A stretch of DNA of 41,657 nucleotides from Thermoproteota archaeon (GCA_027491735.1 JAOZGP010000015.1:1-41657); one strand, 5' to 3'; counted from the stretch's first letter, positions 1 to 9,611 are shown. Program-made: numbers and translations. The notes: generated by a model not told the origin, from the sequence alone.

Positions 1-218
1 ATAAGCTCTGCTCCGGAGAGGGCTCGGAAGGCGGGTAGATGCCGCTCCGCCTTCTGTGGATCCTGAGGCGAGAAGGCCGTCCGCTGAAACGTTGCGAAAG
101 TTATAAAAGCTGTGGATAGCCAGAACGAGGAAGGGGAGAGATGTGAGGAGACTGCTGACCGAGAGGAGTAGAAGGGGGAGGAAAGATTTAAGAGTTAGAA
201 TATCACCCTCATCTCAGG

Positions 219-334
219 CGGGGCGTAGCTCAGAGGAAGAGCGGCCGGCTGTAGATAGCGCATCCAACTGCGCTACGTCAACGGCTGCTCTAACAGAAAC
301 CGGTAGGTCGGGGGTTCGAATCCCCCCGCCCCGA
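219..334 (+). tRNA. tRNA-Tyr(GTA) with a 44-nt intron at canonical position 37/38 (intron 255-298)
   Basis: Acceptor stem CGGGGCG/CGCCCCG plus A73 (C1-G72 is the archaeal Tyr identity pair), D arm GCTC/GAGC, anticodon stem GCCGG/CCGGT, T loop TTCGAAT. Bulge-helix-bulge: central helix CTGT(249-252)/ACAG(293-296) with 3-nt bulges AGA and AAA. TATA-like TTTAAG at ~187-192. CCA not encoded. Confidence 0.97.
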
Positions 335-342
335 CTTCTCTT

Positions 343-403
343 CAGGCCTCAGTAAATCAGCTTTCTTCATGTTTTCGAGATCACCTCCGTCATCATCGGC
401 CTA
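343..403 (-). ncRNA. Box C/D guide sRNA
   Basis: Minus strand reads AGGCC-G-ATGATGA (C box, 396-390), guide CGGAGGTGATC, TCGA (D'), AAAC, ATGAAGA (C'), guide AAGCTGATTTA, CTGA (D box, 352-349), GGCCT. Terminal stem AGGCC/GGCCT and two 11-nt guides. Confidence 0.85.
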
Positions 404-429
404 TTTCAATGACCCCTCAAGTAGGAAAT

Positions 430-1359
430 CTAGATCGAGCTTCCGATCTTGGCAACGTAGACCCTCATCCCCCTCTCCACTATAAACCTCTGGAGCCTCT
501 CCAGGTCCGACTCATTTATCAACATCCCAGCGGCATTTCTATGTCCACCTCCTCCGAACCTCCTGGCTATTTCTATGGCTGAGATGAGAGAATCATCTTT
601 AGATCTTATGGACGACCTGATACAACCATTTTTACCCTCGGTAAGCGTTATCAGCACATCTGCTGAATCCTTGGTTTTGTATAGGATGTATGGAGTGGAG
701 TATCCGGGAAATCCTCTGACATCTATTATCAGCACAGTGTTCTTGAGATCAAGCCTGCCGAGCTTTCCAGCCCACAGCATCACAGGCTCCATCTCTTTTT
801 TGGAGAGATTCCACTCAGAGCTTATTGTTGGCACCGACATGAGGTCCTCTCCCGTCCTTGGAGGATTCTTTAGCAGCTCCAGAGACAGTTTAGCCAGCCT
901 CTCCCTCCTCATACGAAAGATCCTCCTGACTAAGGAGGTAAACAGGGCTGTCTTCTCGTCCATTACACCCCTGTCGACTTCTGAGGTGAACCTCACTGCT
1001 GCCTCTATCCTGGGATCGCACTCATCAACAAGGCCTTTGAAGACGAGCTCAGCTGTAGATGGTGCTTTAGGGTCAAATATATGTTTTTTAGCTCTGGCGA
1101 GGAGTTCTCCGTTGGAGTCGTGGTGATCTATAAGGATCAGGGTCCCACCTTTTGTCGGAGGGAGGTCCAAGGTTATATCATAGCTTTTGCTGGAGATTTT
1201 GCTCTCGTCCGGTGCCATGAACTTCATCTCAACCTGACCCAAGAAGGCCAGATGAACTAGGCTGGCCGAGAAAATCCCATCCAGATCTTCTCCATGCGAT
1301 AGAACTGTATATGGAGGATCCTTGAGTCCTTGAAGCCATCCTACAAGATCAAGCCCCAT
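430..1359 (-). CDS. DHH/DHHA1 family phosphoesterase (NrnA-like)
   Basis: Motifs HGEDLDG, LIDHH and C-terminal GGGGHRNAAG. Confidence 0.88.
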   Translation of the reverse strand: MGLDLVGWLQGLKDPPYTVLSHGEDLDGIFSASLVHLAFLGQVEMKFMAPDESKISSKSYDITLDLPPTKGGTLILIDHHDSNGELLARAKKHIFDPKAPSTAELVFKGLVDECDPRIEAAVRFTSEVDRGVMDEKTALFTSLVRRIFRMRRERLAKLSLELLKNPPRTGEDLMSVPTISSEWNLSKKEMEPVMLWAGKLGRLDLKNTVLIIDVRGFPGYSTPYILYKTKDSADVLITLTEGKNGCIRSSIRSKDDSLISAIEIARRFGGGGHRNAAGMLINESDLERLQRFIVERGMRVYVAKIGSSI

Positions 1360-1433
1360 GAGACATCAACTTTTTACTGTGGTTTAGGTGGTTTTAAACG
1401 ATTTCATTCAGGGAATGGAGGAGGACCTGCTGA

Positions 1434-1895
1434 ATGGGAAAAAAGGTGATTGTTGCTGGAACGTTTGACCTGATCCATCCAGGGCACGTGAAATTGCTTC
1501 AGGAGGCCAAGAAGTTGGCTGGAGAGGACGGTCAGCTCGTTGTTATTGTAGCTCGGGACATCAATGTTAGAAGATTTAAGGGAAGAGATCCCATCCTCTC
1601 TGAGAATGAAAGGCTCGAGATCGTGAAAAACCTCAAACCCGTTGATCGGGCTATTTTAGGAGATTTAAGCGACCCTTTAATTCCAATATACAGAGAGCAA
1701 CCAGATCTGATAGCTTTGGGATATGATCAATGGGTTGATGAGAGGTGGTTGCGCGAGGAGCTTGCTAGGAGATGGAATCTAACCCCAGAGGTGGTGAGGT
1801 TAGATAAGTTCTCATGTAGGGATGACTCCTCCAGTGAGATAATAAGGAAAATCTTGTCGATGTTCTGTCGCTCCTCGGGAGGAGAAGAGCATTGA
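1434..1895 (+). CDS. ribL: Archaeal FAD synthetase (cytidylyltransferase-like family)
   Basis: AGTFDLIHPGH (HxGH), VIVARD, PDLIALGYDQ and SSSEII motifs. Confidence 0.8.
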   Translation: MGKKVIVAGTFDLIHPGHVKLLQEAKKLAGEDGQLVVIVARDINVRRFKGRDPILSENERLEIVKNLKPVDRAILGDLSDPLIPIYREQPDLIALGYDQWVDERWLREELARRWNLTPEVVRLDKFSCRDDSSSEIIRKILSMFCRSSGGEEH

Positions 1896-3589
1896 GATGG
1901 ATAGTCACCTGCGCCTGGCCCTACATAAACGCCGTTCCCCATCTGGGGACGTTAGTTCAGCTTGTTTCAGCTGATGTATATGCCAGATGTATGAGAAAGT
2001 TAGGAGAGGAAGTCTTGTTCGTCTCAGGATCTGATGAGCACGGAACTCCGATAGAGGTGGAGGCCCTCAAGAGAGGAATCAGTCCAAAGGACCTCACCGA
2101 CAGGATGCACAGATATTTCTGCAAGCTGATAGATCTCTTTGGCATAAGCTTTGACAACTATACGAGGACAGAGAGCCCTGTTCACATCAAGTTCGTTCAA
2201 GATTTCTACTTGAAAGTTCAGAAAAACGGCTACATATTCGTTGAGGAAAGCGAACAGTTGTTCTGTCCGGAGGATGAGATGTTCCTTCCGGATAGGTTCG
2301 TTGAAGGAACCTGTCCTTACTGCGGATATGAAAAGACCACTGGAGATCAGTGTGAGAAGTGTGGTAGGCTTCTAACACCAACGGACCTCATAAATCCGAG
2401 ATGCGCCATATGCGGCTCCTCACCTAAGCTGAAGAAGACGAAACACTGGTACTTCGATCTGCCTAGATTCGAAGGACACCTGAGAAGTTACATAGAGAAG
2501 CATGAAGCCCTCCCCCAGAACGCCAAGAGCATGTCTCTCTCCATGATAGATGAGGGATTGAGATCAAGAGCTGTAACGAGGGATAACAGATGGGGAATTC
2601 CTGCTCCCTTCCCTGGATCTGAGGGTAAGACCATATATGTTTGGATGGAGGCTGTCCTAGGGTATGTCTCGGCTGTTAAGGAGTACTTCGAGAGGAGGGG
2701 ATGTCCGGAGAAATTTGATCTCTTCTGGAAGGATCCTGATACCAGATCTGTGTACTTCATCGGTAAGGACAACATACCGTTTCACACGATAATACTCCCA
2801 GCCCTGCTGATGGCTTCCCAGGAAGGATATGTCCTCCCATACAACGTAAGCTCGACTGAGTTCCTCAATTACGAGGGCGATAAGTTCTCTAAGAGGTTCA
2901 GGAGAGGTATCTGGATGGATGAAGCCCTGCTTCTGCTTGAGGCCGACTACTGGAGATATTACATCATCAGCACCAGACCCGAGAACAAGGACGCCAACTT
3001 CACCTGGGAGGACTTTGAGGCTAAGATCAACAACGAGCTCAACGACGTGCTCGGAAATTTTGTGCACAGGGTGATGAGTTTTCTGGCCAGCAGGTATAAT
3101 GGCATCGTGCCCAACGCTGATCTCGATGAAGAGTCATCTGATTTCTTGGAAAGATGTTTAGAAGTCGCTAAAAGATCTATAAGCTACATAGAGAGGTTCA
3201 TGCTCAAAGAAGCTCTCAAGGAGGCCATGAGCATAGCTAGGGAAGGAAACAGGTTCTTCAATGAGAGAGAGCCTTGGCGCGATGTAAAGGTGAATAGGAG
3301 CAGATCTGACACCACCCTTATAGCATCCACCCAGGCCGTTAAGATAATTTCTCACGTCATTGAACCGTTCCTGCCGTTCACCGCTGAGAAGTTATGGAGA
3401 ATGCTTAATCTAGAAGGTGATCCTCACAGCACGACGTTCGATGATATGAGGATCATGCTCCGAAGCGGACATACTATAGGATATGTGAAACCGCTCTTTG
3501 AAAAGGTCAGCGCCGAAGAGCTCAAGACCAGGCTTGAAAGAATAAGGAGAGAGATTAAGAGCGAATTCCTCCTGGAGGAGACCTCCTGA
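1892..3589 (+). CDS. metG: Methionine--tRNA ligase (short form without the C-terminal tRNA-binding domain)
   Basis: PYINAVPHLG (HIGH), SGSDEHGTP, Zn knuckles, FIGKDNIPFH and KFSKR (KMSKS-like). Confidence 0.97.
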   Translation: MRWIVTCAWPYINAVPHLGTLVQLVSADVYARCMRKLGEEVLFVSGSDEHGTPIEVEALKRGISPKDLTDRMHRYFCKLIDLFGISFDNYTRTESPVHIKFVQDFYLKVQKNGYIFVEESEQLFCPEDEMFLPDRFVEGTCPYCGYEKTTGDQCEKCGRLLTPTDLINPRCAICGSSPKLKKTKHWYFDLPRFEGHLRSYIEKHEALPQNAKSMSLSMIDEGLRSRAVTRDNRWGIPAPFPGSEGKTIYVWMEAVLGYVSAVKEYFERRGCPEKFDLFWKDPDTRSVYFIGKDNIPFHTIILPALLMASQEGYVLPYNVSSTEFLNYEGDKFSKRFRRGIWMDEALLLLEADYWRYYIISTRPENKDANFTWEDFEAKINNELNDVLGNFVHRVMSFLASRYNGIVPNADLDEESSDFLERCLEVAKRSISYIERFMLKEALKEAMSIAREGNRFFNEREPWRDVKVNRSRSDTTLIASTQAVKIISHVIEPFLPFTAEKLWRMLNLEGDPHSTTFDDMRIMLRSGHTIGYVKPLFEKVSAEELKTRLERIRREIKSEFLLEETS

Positions 3590-3590
3590 C

Positions 3591-4334
3591 CTAATCTTTC
3601 TTCACTCTTATGATCGCCTTTGTTCCGGCGATATGATGACCTGGCTTCCCCACGGTGAAGGATATCACATAGTTTCCAGCAGTTAGATTAGCTCCCTTCC
3701 ACTTGAAGACCGCAATCCCGGAGGAGTTTGTCTTTACTGAGAAAGGAGTTACCTTTATACCACTGCTCTTGGAGAAGGCCCACACGGTAGCGCCCTCAGC
3801 TGGTGCTCCATCATGTAGGAGGACCTTGACCACCGCCACACCCTCGACAGTTCCGTTGAACTCCTTCAAATCGCTGGGCTGACTGTAGGCTTCAACCGTC
3901 AGGTTTGCTCCCCAGATGACGGAGAACTTTCCCTCTCCTATTTCCTTTCCATCGCCATTTACTTTGATTGCATAGAGGCCAATCGAGTAGCGGTCTTCTG
4001 AAGCCTTCTCCTCGATTACAGCCTTGTTTCCAGAAAAGGATCTGCAAAACATCAGCTTTCCTATTGGAGCGTAGATCACGCATACCTTCATCTCTTGGAG
4101 ATCTCCAGGATACTCAACCTTTAATGTGTACTCCTGGTTTAGCGGGACATACCTCGGAGAGATCTCGATGACGGCTCTCGGAGGCTTGAAGACCAATGGT
4201 AGAAGAAGGATGATCACCACAACCAGGTTGAAGATCAAGGCGGCTGTAAGTTTCTTATCTAATGCAAGCGGCAAGCTTACATCACCTTTGAGCGCTCTAT
4301 GGGTCTTCCATGAGAGAAATTTAAAGGTATTCAC
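3591..4334 (-). CDS. Hypothetical membrane-anchored protein with Ig-like beta-sandwich domains
   Basis: N-terminal hydrophobic helix (LIFNLVVVIILLLPLVF) followed by beta-rich segments (KTNSSGIAVF, GNYVISFTV). Start uncertain. Confidence 0.65.
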   Translation of the reverse strand: MNTFKFLSWKTHRALKGDVSLPLALDKKLTAALIFNLVVVIILLLPLVFKPPRAVIEISPRYVPLNQEYTLKVEYPGDLQEMKVCVIYAPIGKLMFCRSFSGNKAVIEEKASEDRYSIGLYAIKVNGDGKEIGEGKFSVIWGANLTVEAYSQPSDLKEFNGTVEGVAVVKVLLHDGAPAEGATVWAFSKSSGIKVTPFSVKTNSSGIAVFKWKGANLTAGNYVISFTVGKPGHHIAGTKAIIRVKKD

Positions 4335-4385
4335 TGTGACAGAAGGGGGATTTTGCTTGGTGAGAAGGCAGGTGAATGAGGTCAG

Positions 4386-5504
4386 ATGTCCAAGCTGCTG
4401 AGAGTTAGTAAGATGGAGGGCAAGCTGGAGATCATAGAGAGTCCGAGGTATATTTTCTTCGGTCCTAAAGCCATCAGAAAGATAATCAATGTCTTGGATT
4501 ACATGGGATCGAGGACTGGGGTTTTTCTGATATCAGGAGGCACTGCCACGAGAAAGGTGGCGGAGAATCTAGCTAGCATAATAGATCAGGAGGGAAGAAG
4601 AACTGGAATTTATTCACTCGGCTCCAGTTCAGCGATCTCCCTTGAGGATGTGGAGGGAGCTAAGGACAAGCTCTTAGAGTTTGGGGGAGACTTGGTCATA
4701 GGGGTCGGAGGAGGTAGACCAATAGATGTGGCCAAGTTGGTGGCTTCTTGGACGGGTAGGAGGTACATCTCTGTTCCCACTTCCCCGAGCCATGACGGAA
4801 TAGCATCACCAGCTGTGGGCTTTCTCCTCAGGAAGGAGATAGAGGAGAGACTTGGTAGAAGATGGACTAAGGCGGAGTCTCCACTCGTGATAATAGCAGA
4901 CACCGACATAATAAAGAACGCACCGAGAGACACGTTTAAATCAGGATTTGGAGATTTAATAGGAAAGATAACAGCTGTTAAAGACTGGGAGTTAGCTCAT
5001 AAGCTTAAGGACGAGCCTTATAGTGAGTATGGAGCATCAATGGCCATGTTGAGCGCAAGGATAGCAATGGATCATGCAGGAGACATAAGGTTAACGTTGG
5101 AGGAATCGTGCCGCATTCTGGTAAAGGCCCTCATAGGAAGCGGAATTTCGATAAGCATAGCCGGAAGCTCAAGACCTGCTAGTGGAAGTGAGCACATGTT
5201 CAGTCATGCTCTGGATGTGATTGCTAGAAGGAGAGGGAAGAGGAATTCTCTTCACGGGATTCAAGTCGGTCTTGGAACGATAATGATGGCATATCTTCAA
5301 GGACAGGACTGGAGGACCATTAGAAGAAAGCTTATAGAAGCAGGAGCTCCTGTCACTGCAGAGGAAGCGGGTCTGGATCCTCAGGACGTTATAACAGCTC
5401 TCACAATAGCCCACAAGATAAGAGATAGGTACACCATATTGGGTGAGAGCGGACTTACTAGAAGCGCAGCAGAGAAGCTGGCCAGGAGCACGGGTGTCAT
5501 ATGA
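4386..5504 (+). CDS. egsA: sn-glycerol-1-phosphate dehydrogenase
   Basis: GVGGGRPIDVAK, PTSPSHDGIASP, SRPASGSEHMFSHALD and HGIQVG. Start may be the ATG at 4413. Confidence 0.96.
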   Translation: MSKLLRVSKMEGKLEIIESPRYIFFGPKAIRKIINVLDYMGSRTGVFLISGGTATRKVAENLASIIDQEGRRTGIYSLGSSSAISLEDVEGAKDKLLEFGGDLVIGVGGGRPIDVAKLVASWTGRRYISVPTSPSHDGIASPAVGFLLRKEIEERLGRRWTKAESPLVIIADTDIIKNAPRDTFKSGFGDLIGKITAVKDWELAHKLKDEPYSEYGASMAMLSARIAMDHAGDIRLTLEESCRILVKALIGSGISISIAGSSRPASGSEHMFSHALDVIARRRGKRNSLHGIQVGLGTIMMAYLQGQDWRTIRRKLIEAGAPVTAEEAGLDPQDVITALTIAHKIRDRYTILGESGLTRSAAEKLARSTGVI

Positions 5505-5602
5505 GGGATTCAGAGCAGCATCCAGTGGTCTCAGCTCAGATAGACTCCATGAGGGAGAGATGTAAAATGTTTATATTGTCCCAGAATTCCTCTCAATGAA
5601 AA

Positions 5603-6568
5603 ATGCCCAGGAAGGTCTTGGCCTCCGCTCCCTCCCAGGCGTTCCTATTTGGAGAGCATGCAGTTTTGTACGGATATCCTGCTCTAGCAGCTGGCGTCGA
5701 GAGAAGGACTAAGGCTGAGGTTGAGCTTTTGGAGGACAAGCTTATAGAGATAAGCTCCGAGCAGCTAGGGGAGACCCTCAGGTGGAAACCAGGCGATCAT
5801 CTTCCTGAAGGACCGCTTTCTCCTCTAGTCAGGTGTTTATGGGATCTGATGAGCAGGAGAGGATTTTCGGAGGGTTTGAAAGTCGTCATAAGATCAGATG
5901 TTCCTGTTAGCAGCGGGATGGCGAGCAGTGCCAGTGTGTCCACAGCGATCGCTGCCGCAGCTCTTAAGCTTATAGAAGGAGATCTTCATGAAGACAGACT
6001 ACTAGATGAAGTCTACCTCTTTGAGAGAAGCATTCATGGAAAAGCAAGCAAAACAGGACCTGCCTGTGCAGTTTACGGTGGATACGTCTGGGTGGAGTGG
6101 CACAATGAAGAGATGTGCGTATCTCACGTGGAGCCGAGGAGCAGGCTAACTTTCCTGATAGGTAGATCCTTCCTTCCAAGCAACACGAGGAGAACTGTCA
6201 GTCACGTTGCTTCTCTGGTGAGGAGAAGAAGATGTGTGGCAGATCACGTGTTGAGGGCTATAGGCGAGCTGACGCTTGTGGGAAGGAGAGCTGTGCTTGA
6301 AGGTGACCTTGAAACTGTGGGTGAGCTGATGAACATGAACCACGGGTTGCTTAGCACTCTTGGGGTGTCATGCCGCGAGCTAGACGAGATAGTGTGGGAA
6401 ATGCGCTCTGCTGGAGCATTGGGAGCCAAACTATCCGGAGGAGGGGGTGGTGGTTGTGTCCTAGGATTATTCGAGAATCCGAAGGAGGTCTCCCTGTTGT
6501 CTGCTGAGGAGAGTTTCGTCGTGAGGGTATCGGATGTCGGGTATCGTGTTGAGGTGGAGGTTCCATGA
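5603..6568 (+). CDS. mvk: Mevalonate kinase (GHMP family)
   Basis: LFGEHAVLYG, PVSSGMASSAS, HGKAS and GAKLSGGGGGG. Confidence 0.88.
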   Translation: MPRKVLASAPSQAFLFGEHAVLYGYPALAAGVERRTKAEVELLEDKLIEISSEQLGETLRWKPGDHLPEGPLSPLVRCLWDLMSRRGFSEGLKVVIRSDVPVSSGMASSASVSTAIAAAALKLIEGDLHEDRLLDEVYLFERSIHGKASKTGPACAVYGGYVWVEWHNEEMCVSHVEPRSRLTFLIGRSFLPSNTRRTVSHVASLVRRRRCVADHVLRAIGELTLVGRRAVLEGDLETVGELMNMNHGLLSTLGVSCRELDEIVWEMRSAGALGAKLSGGGGGGCVLGLFENPKEVSLLSAEESFVVRVSDVGYRVEVEVP

Positions 6569-8412
6569 AGATCTTGGCATTACACTGTGATTATTTGAGG
6601 TATAGAGTTAAGGATAGGGCTGTTGGATCCGCAGAGGAACCTAAGCAAAGGGAAGATAAGGTTCAAGAGGTTCTCGTTCTTTTCACATCGTTTGAACGAG
6701 AGGATACTGAAGGAACATTGGAGACAGCTGTCCAGGAGGTCCAGAGAATAGCGGATAGAATAGGCATCAGCAGAGTTTTCGTTTATCCCTGGGTCCATCT
6801 CACTGAGAACCCTGCACCATTTTCTGCCGCTAAGAAGTTGATGGAGGGATTTATCTCCCTATTAAAGGAGAGGTTTGAGGTCAGGGATGCCCCAATAGGC
6901 TGGTACAAGGAGTTTGAGCTCAAGGTCAAGGGACATCCTCTCTCCGAGTCCTTAAGAGTTGTGAGAGGAGAGGAGGAAAGGACTCCACCACCTGTGAGGA
7001 AGGAGGTTGGGAGGAGTAAGTTCATTGTTCTGTTCCCGGATGGAAGAGAGGTTCCCATAGAGGGAATCGACGATCTGGAGAGGATCTCATTGGAGGAGGA
7101 ACTGAAGATCCTCATAAGGAACGAGGTCTTCAGCAGGGAACCGTCCAGTAAGAGACCATCCCACATAGACCTCATGAGAAGACTTGAGCTGGTGGATTAC
7201 GAGCCAGCATCTGACGTGGGGCATTTCAGATTTTATCCTGCAGGCACATTGATGAAGAGGTTGATAGAGGAGTTCGCGTTTCAGGTAGCCGAGTCCATAG
7301 GAGCTATGGAGATAGAGACTCCCCTGCTCTACAGGATGGACGTCCCGGCCATAGCTGAGCAGGCTTCCAAGTTTAGGGAGAGGATGTATGAGGTTCTAGC
7401 CGGAAAAACCAAGCTTATATTGCGTTTTGCTGGAGACTTCGGGCTCTTCGAGATGATGAAGGACATGACGATAAGCTACAGGGATCTTCCGCTTAGCTTT
7501 TACGAGATATCTCCGTCATTTAGGTTCGAGCAAAGAGGTGAAGCCGTCGGCTTGAGAAGGCTTAGAGGCTTCACCATGCCAGACATACATACGCTGGCGA
7601 GGGATGTGGATCAAGGACTTGAAGTTTATAAAATGTATTACTTCAAATATCATGATTTACTTGGAGGTCTCGGGCTCGACTACCAGATCGCTTTCAGGAT
7701 TGTGAAAGACTTCTATCAGAAGTTCAAGCCCCACATACTGGAAATGCTCAAGATTTCAGGAAAACCGGCTCTAATAGAGATCCTGCCAGCTATGAAACAC
7801 TACTGGGCGATGAAACATGAGTTTCAGTTTATAGACTCAATCAATGGGAACGCGCAGCTGAGCACTGTCCAGCTTGACGTCGAGGATTCCGCGAGATACG
7901 GGATAACCTATGTGAACGAGAGGGGAGAGAGGAAACCAGGGATAATAGTTCATACCTCGATGGGAAGCGTGGAAAGGCTCATGTACGCGTTGCTGGAAAA
8001 GGCTGCCAAAGATATGAAGGAAGGAAGAAGACCCTGCTTTCCTCTATGGCTGGCACCGGTCCAGGTAAGAGTCATTCCGGTAGAGAAAGCTCATGAGGAG
8101 TATGCTGAAAGGGTGATGAGAGAGCTTGAGTCTGCAGATATAAGAGTCGACCTGGATGATCGGAACCTCACGCTCTCTCACAGAGTCAGGGATTCAGAGA
8201 GAAGATGGATCCCCTACACTGTCATAGTTGGTGATAAGGAGGTTGAGGAGGAGATCATATCTGTGAGAAGGAGGAGAGATGGTAGTGACTACAAATGCTC
8301 TGTCAGAGAGCTCATATCTGAGATAAAGAAGATCACAGAGGGCATGCCTGTGAGGCCTCTTACCCTCCCCAAGCGGTTAAGTCGAAGACCTATCTTCGTC
8401 GGAAGCAGTTAG
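6565..8412 (+). CDS. thrS: Threonine--tRNA ligase, archaeal type with N-terminal editing domain
   Basis: MKILALH...YPWVHL...GWYKEF editing domain, FRFEQRGE motif 2, MPDIH, GSVER motif 3 and a C-terminal anticodon-binding domain. Confidence 0.97.
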   Translation: MKILALHCDYLRYRVKDRAVGSAEEPKQREDKVQEVLVLFTSFEREDTEGTLETAVQEVQRIADRIGISRVFVYPWVHLTENPAPFSAAKKLMEGFISLLKERFEVRDAPIGWYKEFELKVKGHPLSESLRVVRGEEERTPPPVRKEVGRSKFIVLFPDGREVPIEGIDDLERISLEEELKILIRNEVFSREPSSKRPSHIDLMRRLELVDYEPASDVGHFRFYPAGTLMKRLIEEFAFQVAESIGAMEIETPLLYRMDVPAIAEQASKFRERMYEVLAGKTKLILRFAGDFGLFEMMKDMTISYRDLPLSFYEISPSFRFEQRGEAVGLRRLRGFTMPDIHTLARDVDQGLEVYKMYYFKYHDLLGGLGLDYQIAFRIVKDFYQKFKPHILEMLKISGKPALIEILPAMKHYWAMKHEFQFIDSINGNAQLSTVQLDVEDSARYGITYVNERGERKPGIIVHTSMGSVERLMYALLEKAAKDMKEGRRPCFPLWLAPVQVRVIPVEKAHEEYAERVMRELESADIRVDLDDRNLTLSHRVRDSERRWIPYTVIVGDKEVEEEIISVRRRRDGSDYKCSVRELISEIKKITEGMPVRPLTLPKRLSRRPIFVGSS

Positions 8413-8423
8413 CTCGAGCTAGG

Positions 8424-9611
8424 TCAGAACATCCTGCCCATACAAGAAAGTTTTTTTAACACCTCCTTAACCCTCTTTCTTGCCGATTCAAGATCATCAG
8501 GCTTGTGAACCAATCTGCCACCCTCCAAGAACTTTCTGTAGGCCAAGACCATCTCCTTGCCGCACACATTACATCTGGGAGGACTGTTTCCGGTCAGCAC
8601 AACCTTGTATGTCAGGTGATCCTCGCACACATACACATCCTTCGATCCGGCCATCACGCCCCTCTTGGCGACTGGTCCTCCCTCAACCTCCACTATGTCC
8701 ATACCGAAGTCAATCGGTCTAGCTCCTGTTATGTAAGTTCCAACACCGAAGGCATCTGCCCCGGCTTTTGATAACCTCATGACGGACTTCTCATTGAGAC
8801 CACCCGAGACGAATATCTTCACATGTTTGTAGCCTCGTATGTCCAGTTCCCATCTGACCTCACGTACGATCTTCTCAAAGTCTCCCCTTCTGGAGAATGG
8901 AGTATCCAGTCTGACTCCGTCAAGCCTTTCCCCCAAGGTTTTGGCAGCCATTAGGGACTCCGTTTTTTCGTCATAAAATGTATCCACTAGAGCTACCCTC
9001 GGTATCTCCGGAGGAAGCACCTCGTCATAAGCTTTCCAAGCTTCTGCTGGATCGTTGAATAGAATTATCATCGCGTGCGGCATCGTTCCCAGCGGATTAA
9101 TTCCAAGCTCCTCTAAGAGGATGCCCGATGATCCATCCAAGCCTCCTATCAGGCTGGCTCTCTCAAAAGCTAAGCTCACAGCAGGGTGGCTTCTCCTTAT
9201 GCCGAAGTTAACAACGGGCTTGCCACCAGCGGCAAGCTTGACCTTAGCTGCTGCTGTGGCGACCCCCGATAGACTACAGAGAAATCCGAGTATCGTGGTC
9301 TCCAAGGCCCCGAACTCGTCGTAAGGTCCTTCTATCTTCATTACCGGCATGCCAGGCATAAATATATCTCCATCCCTGAGGGAGTAAAGATCCACGTTCC
9401 TTCCTGTGAGAAGCTGAACTACCTCCTCAACGCCTGCCAGGACTCCCCAGCTCCACTCCTCGTTTGGAAGAGATCTTGCTGAAACTTCCATTACTACCTT
9501 CTTGCTGGCTAAATCCTTGGCCTTGAGAATCCTCATGGTCCTCAGGAAGTAGACGTCCACAACCTTTCCTTCCTCTATCTCGTCACCGGATACAACGTAG
9601 AACTTCCTCAT
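8424..9611 (-). CDS. pncB: Nicotinate phosphoribosyltransferase
   Basis: DVYFLRT, FGIRR, GTMPHA, LVDTF, GVRLDT, SGG and FGVGT, with a C-terminal Zn-ribbon-like segment. Confidence 0.92.
   Translation of the reverse strand: MRKFYVVSGDEIEEGKVVDVYFLRTMRILKAKDLASKKVVMEVSARSLPNEEWSWGVLAGVEEVVQLLTGRNVDLYSLRDGDIFMPGMPVMKIEGPYDEFGALETTILGFLCSLSGVATAAAKVKLAAGGKPVVNFGIRRSHPAVSLAFERASLIGGLDGSSGILLEELGINPLGTMPHAMIILFNDPAEAWKAYDEVLPPEIPRVALVDTFYDEKTESLMAAKTLGERLDGVRLDTPFSRRGDFEKIVREVRWELDIRGYKHVKIFVSGGLNEKSVMRLSKAGADAFGVGTYITGARPIDFGMDIVEVEGGPVAKRGVMAGSKDVYVCEDHLTYKVVLTGNSPPRCNVCGKEMVLAYRKFLEGGRLVHKPDDLESARKRVKEVLKKLSCMGRMF

Noticed and set aside
44-60. Minus-strand ACAGAAGGCGG resembling the RNase P RNA 3' conserved region
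   Set aside because: The rest of the RNA would overlap tRNA-Tyr and no 5' conserved region is present.
143-355. 70-aa ORF from the track
   Set aside because: Runs through tRNA-Tyr and into the C/D sRNA. Shadow ORF.
290-370. Minus-strand mini-ORF MKKADLLRPEEKSGRGDSNPRP as an SSV-type integrase N-fragment
   Set aside because: Only 11 codons precede the tRNA, the SD spacing is long and no integrase C-fragment is seen. The C/D box layout explains the sequence better.
5505-5560. Possible minus-strand C/D sRNA (two CTGA boxes)
   Set aside because: No acceptable C box or terminal stem.
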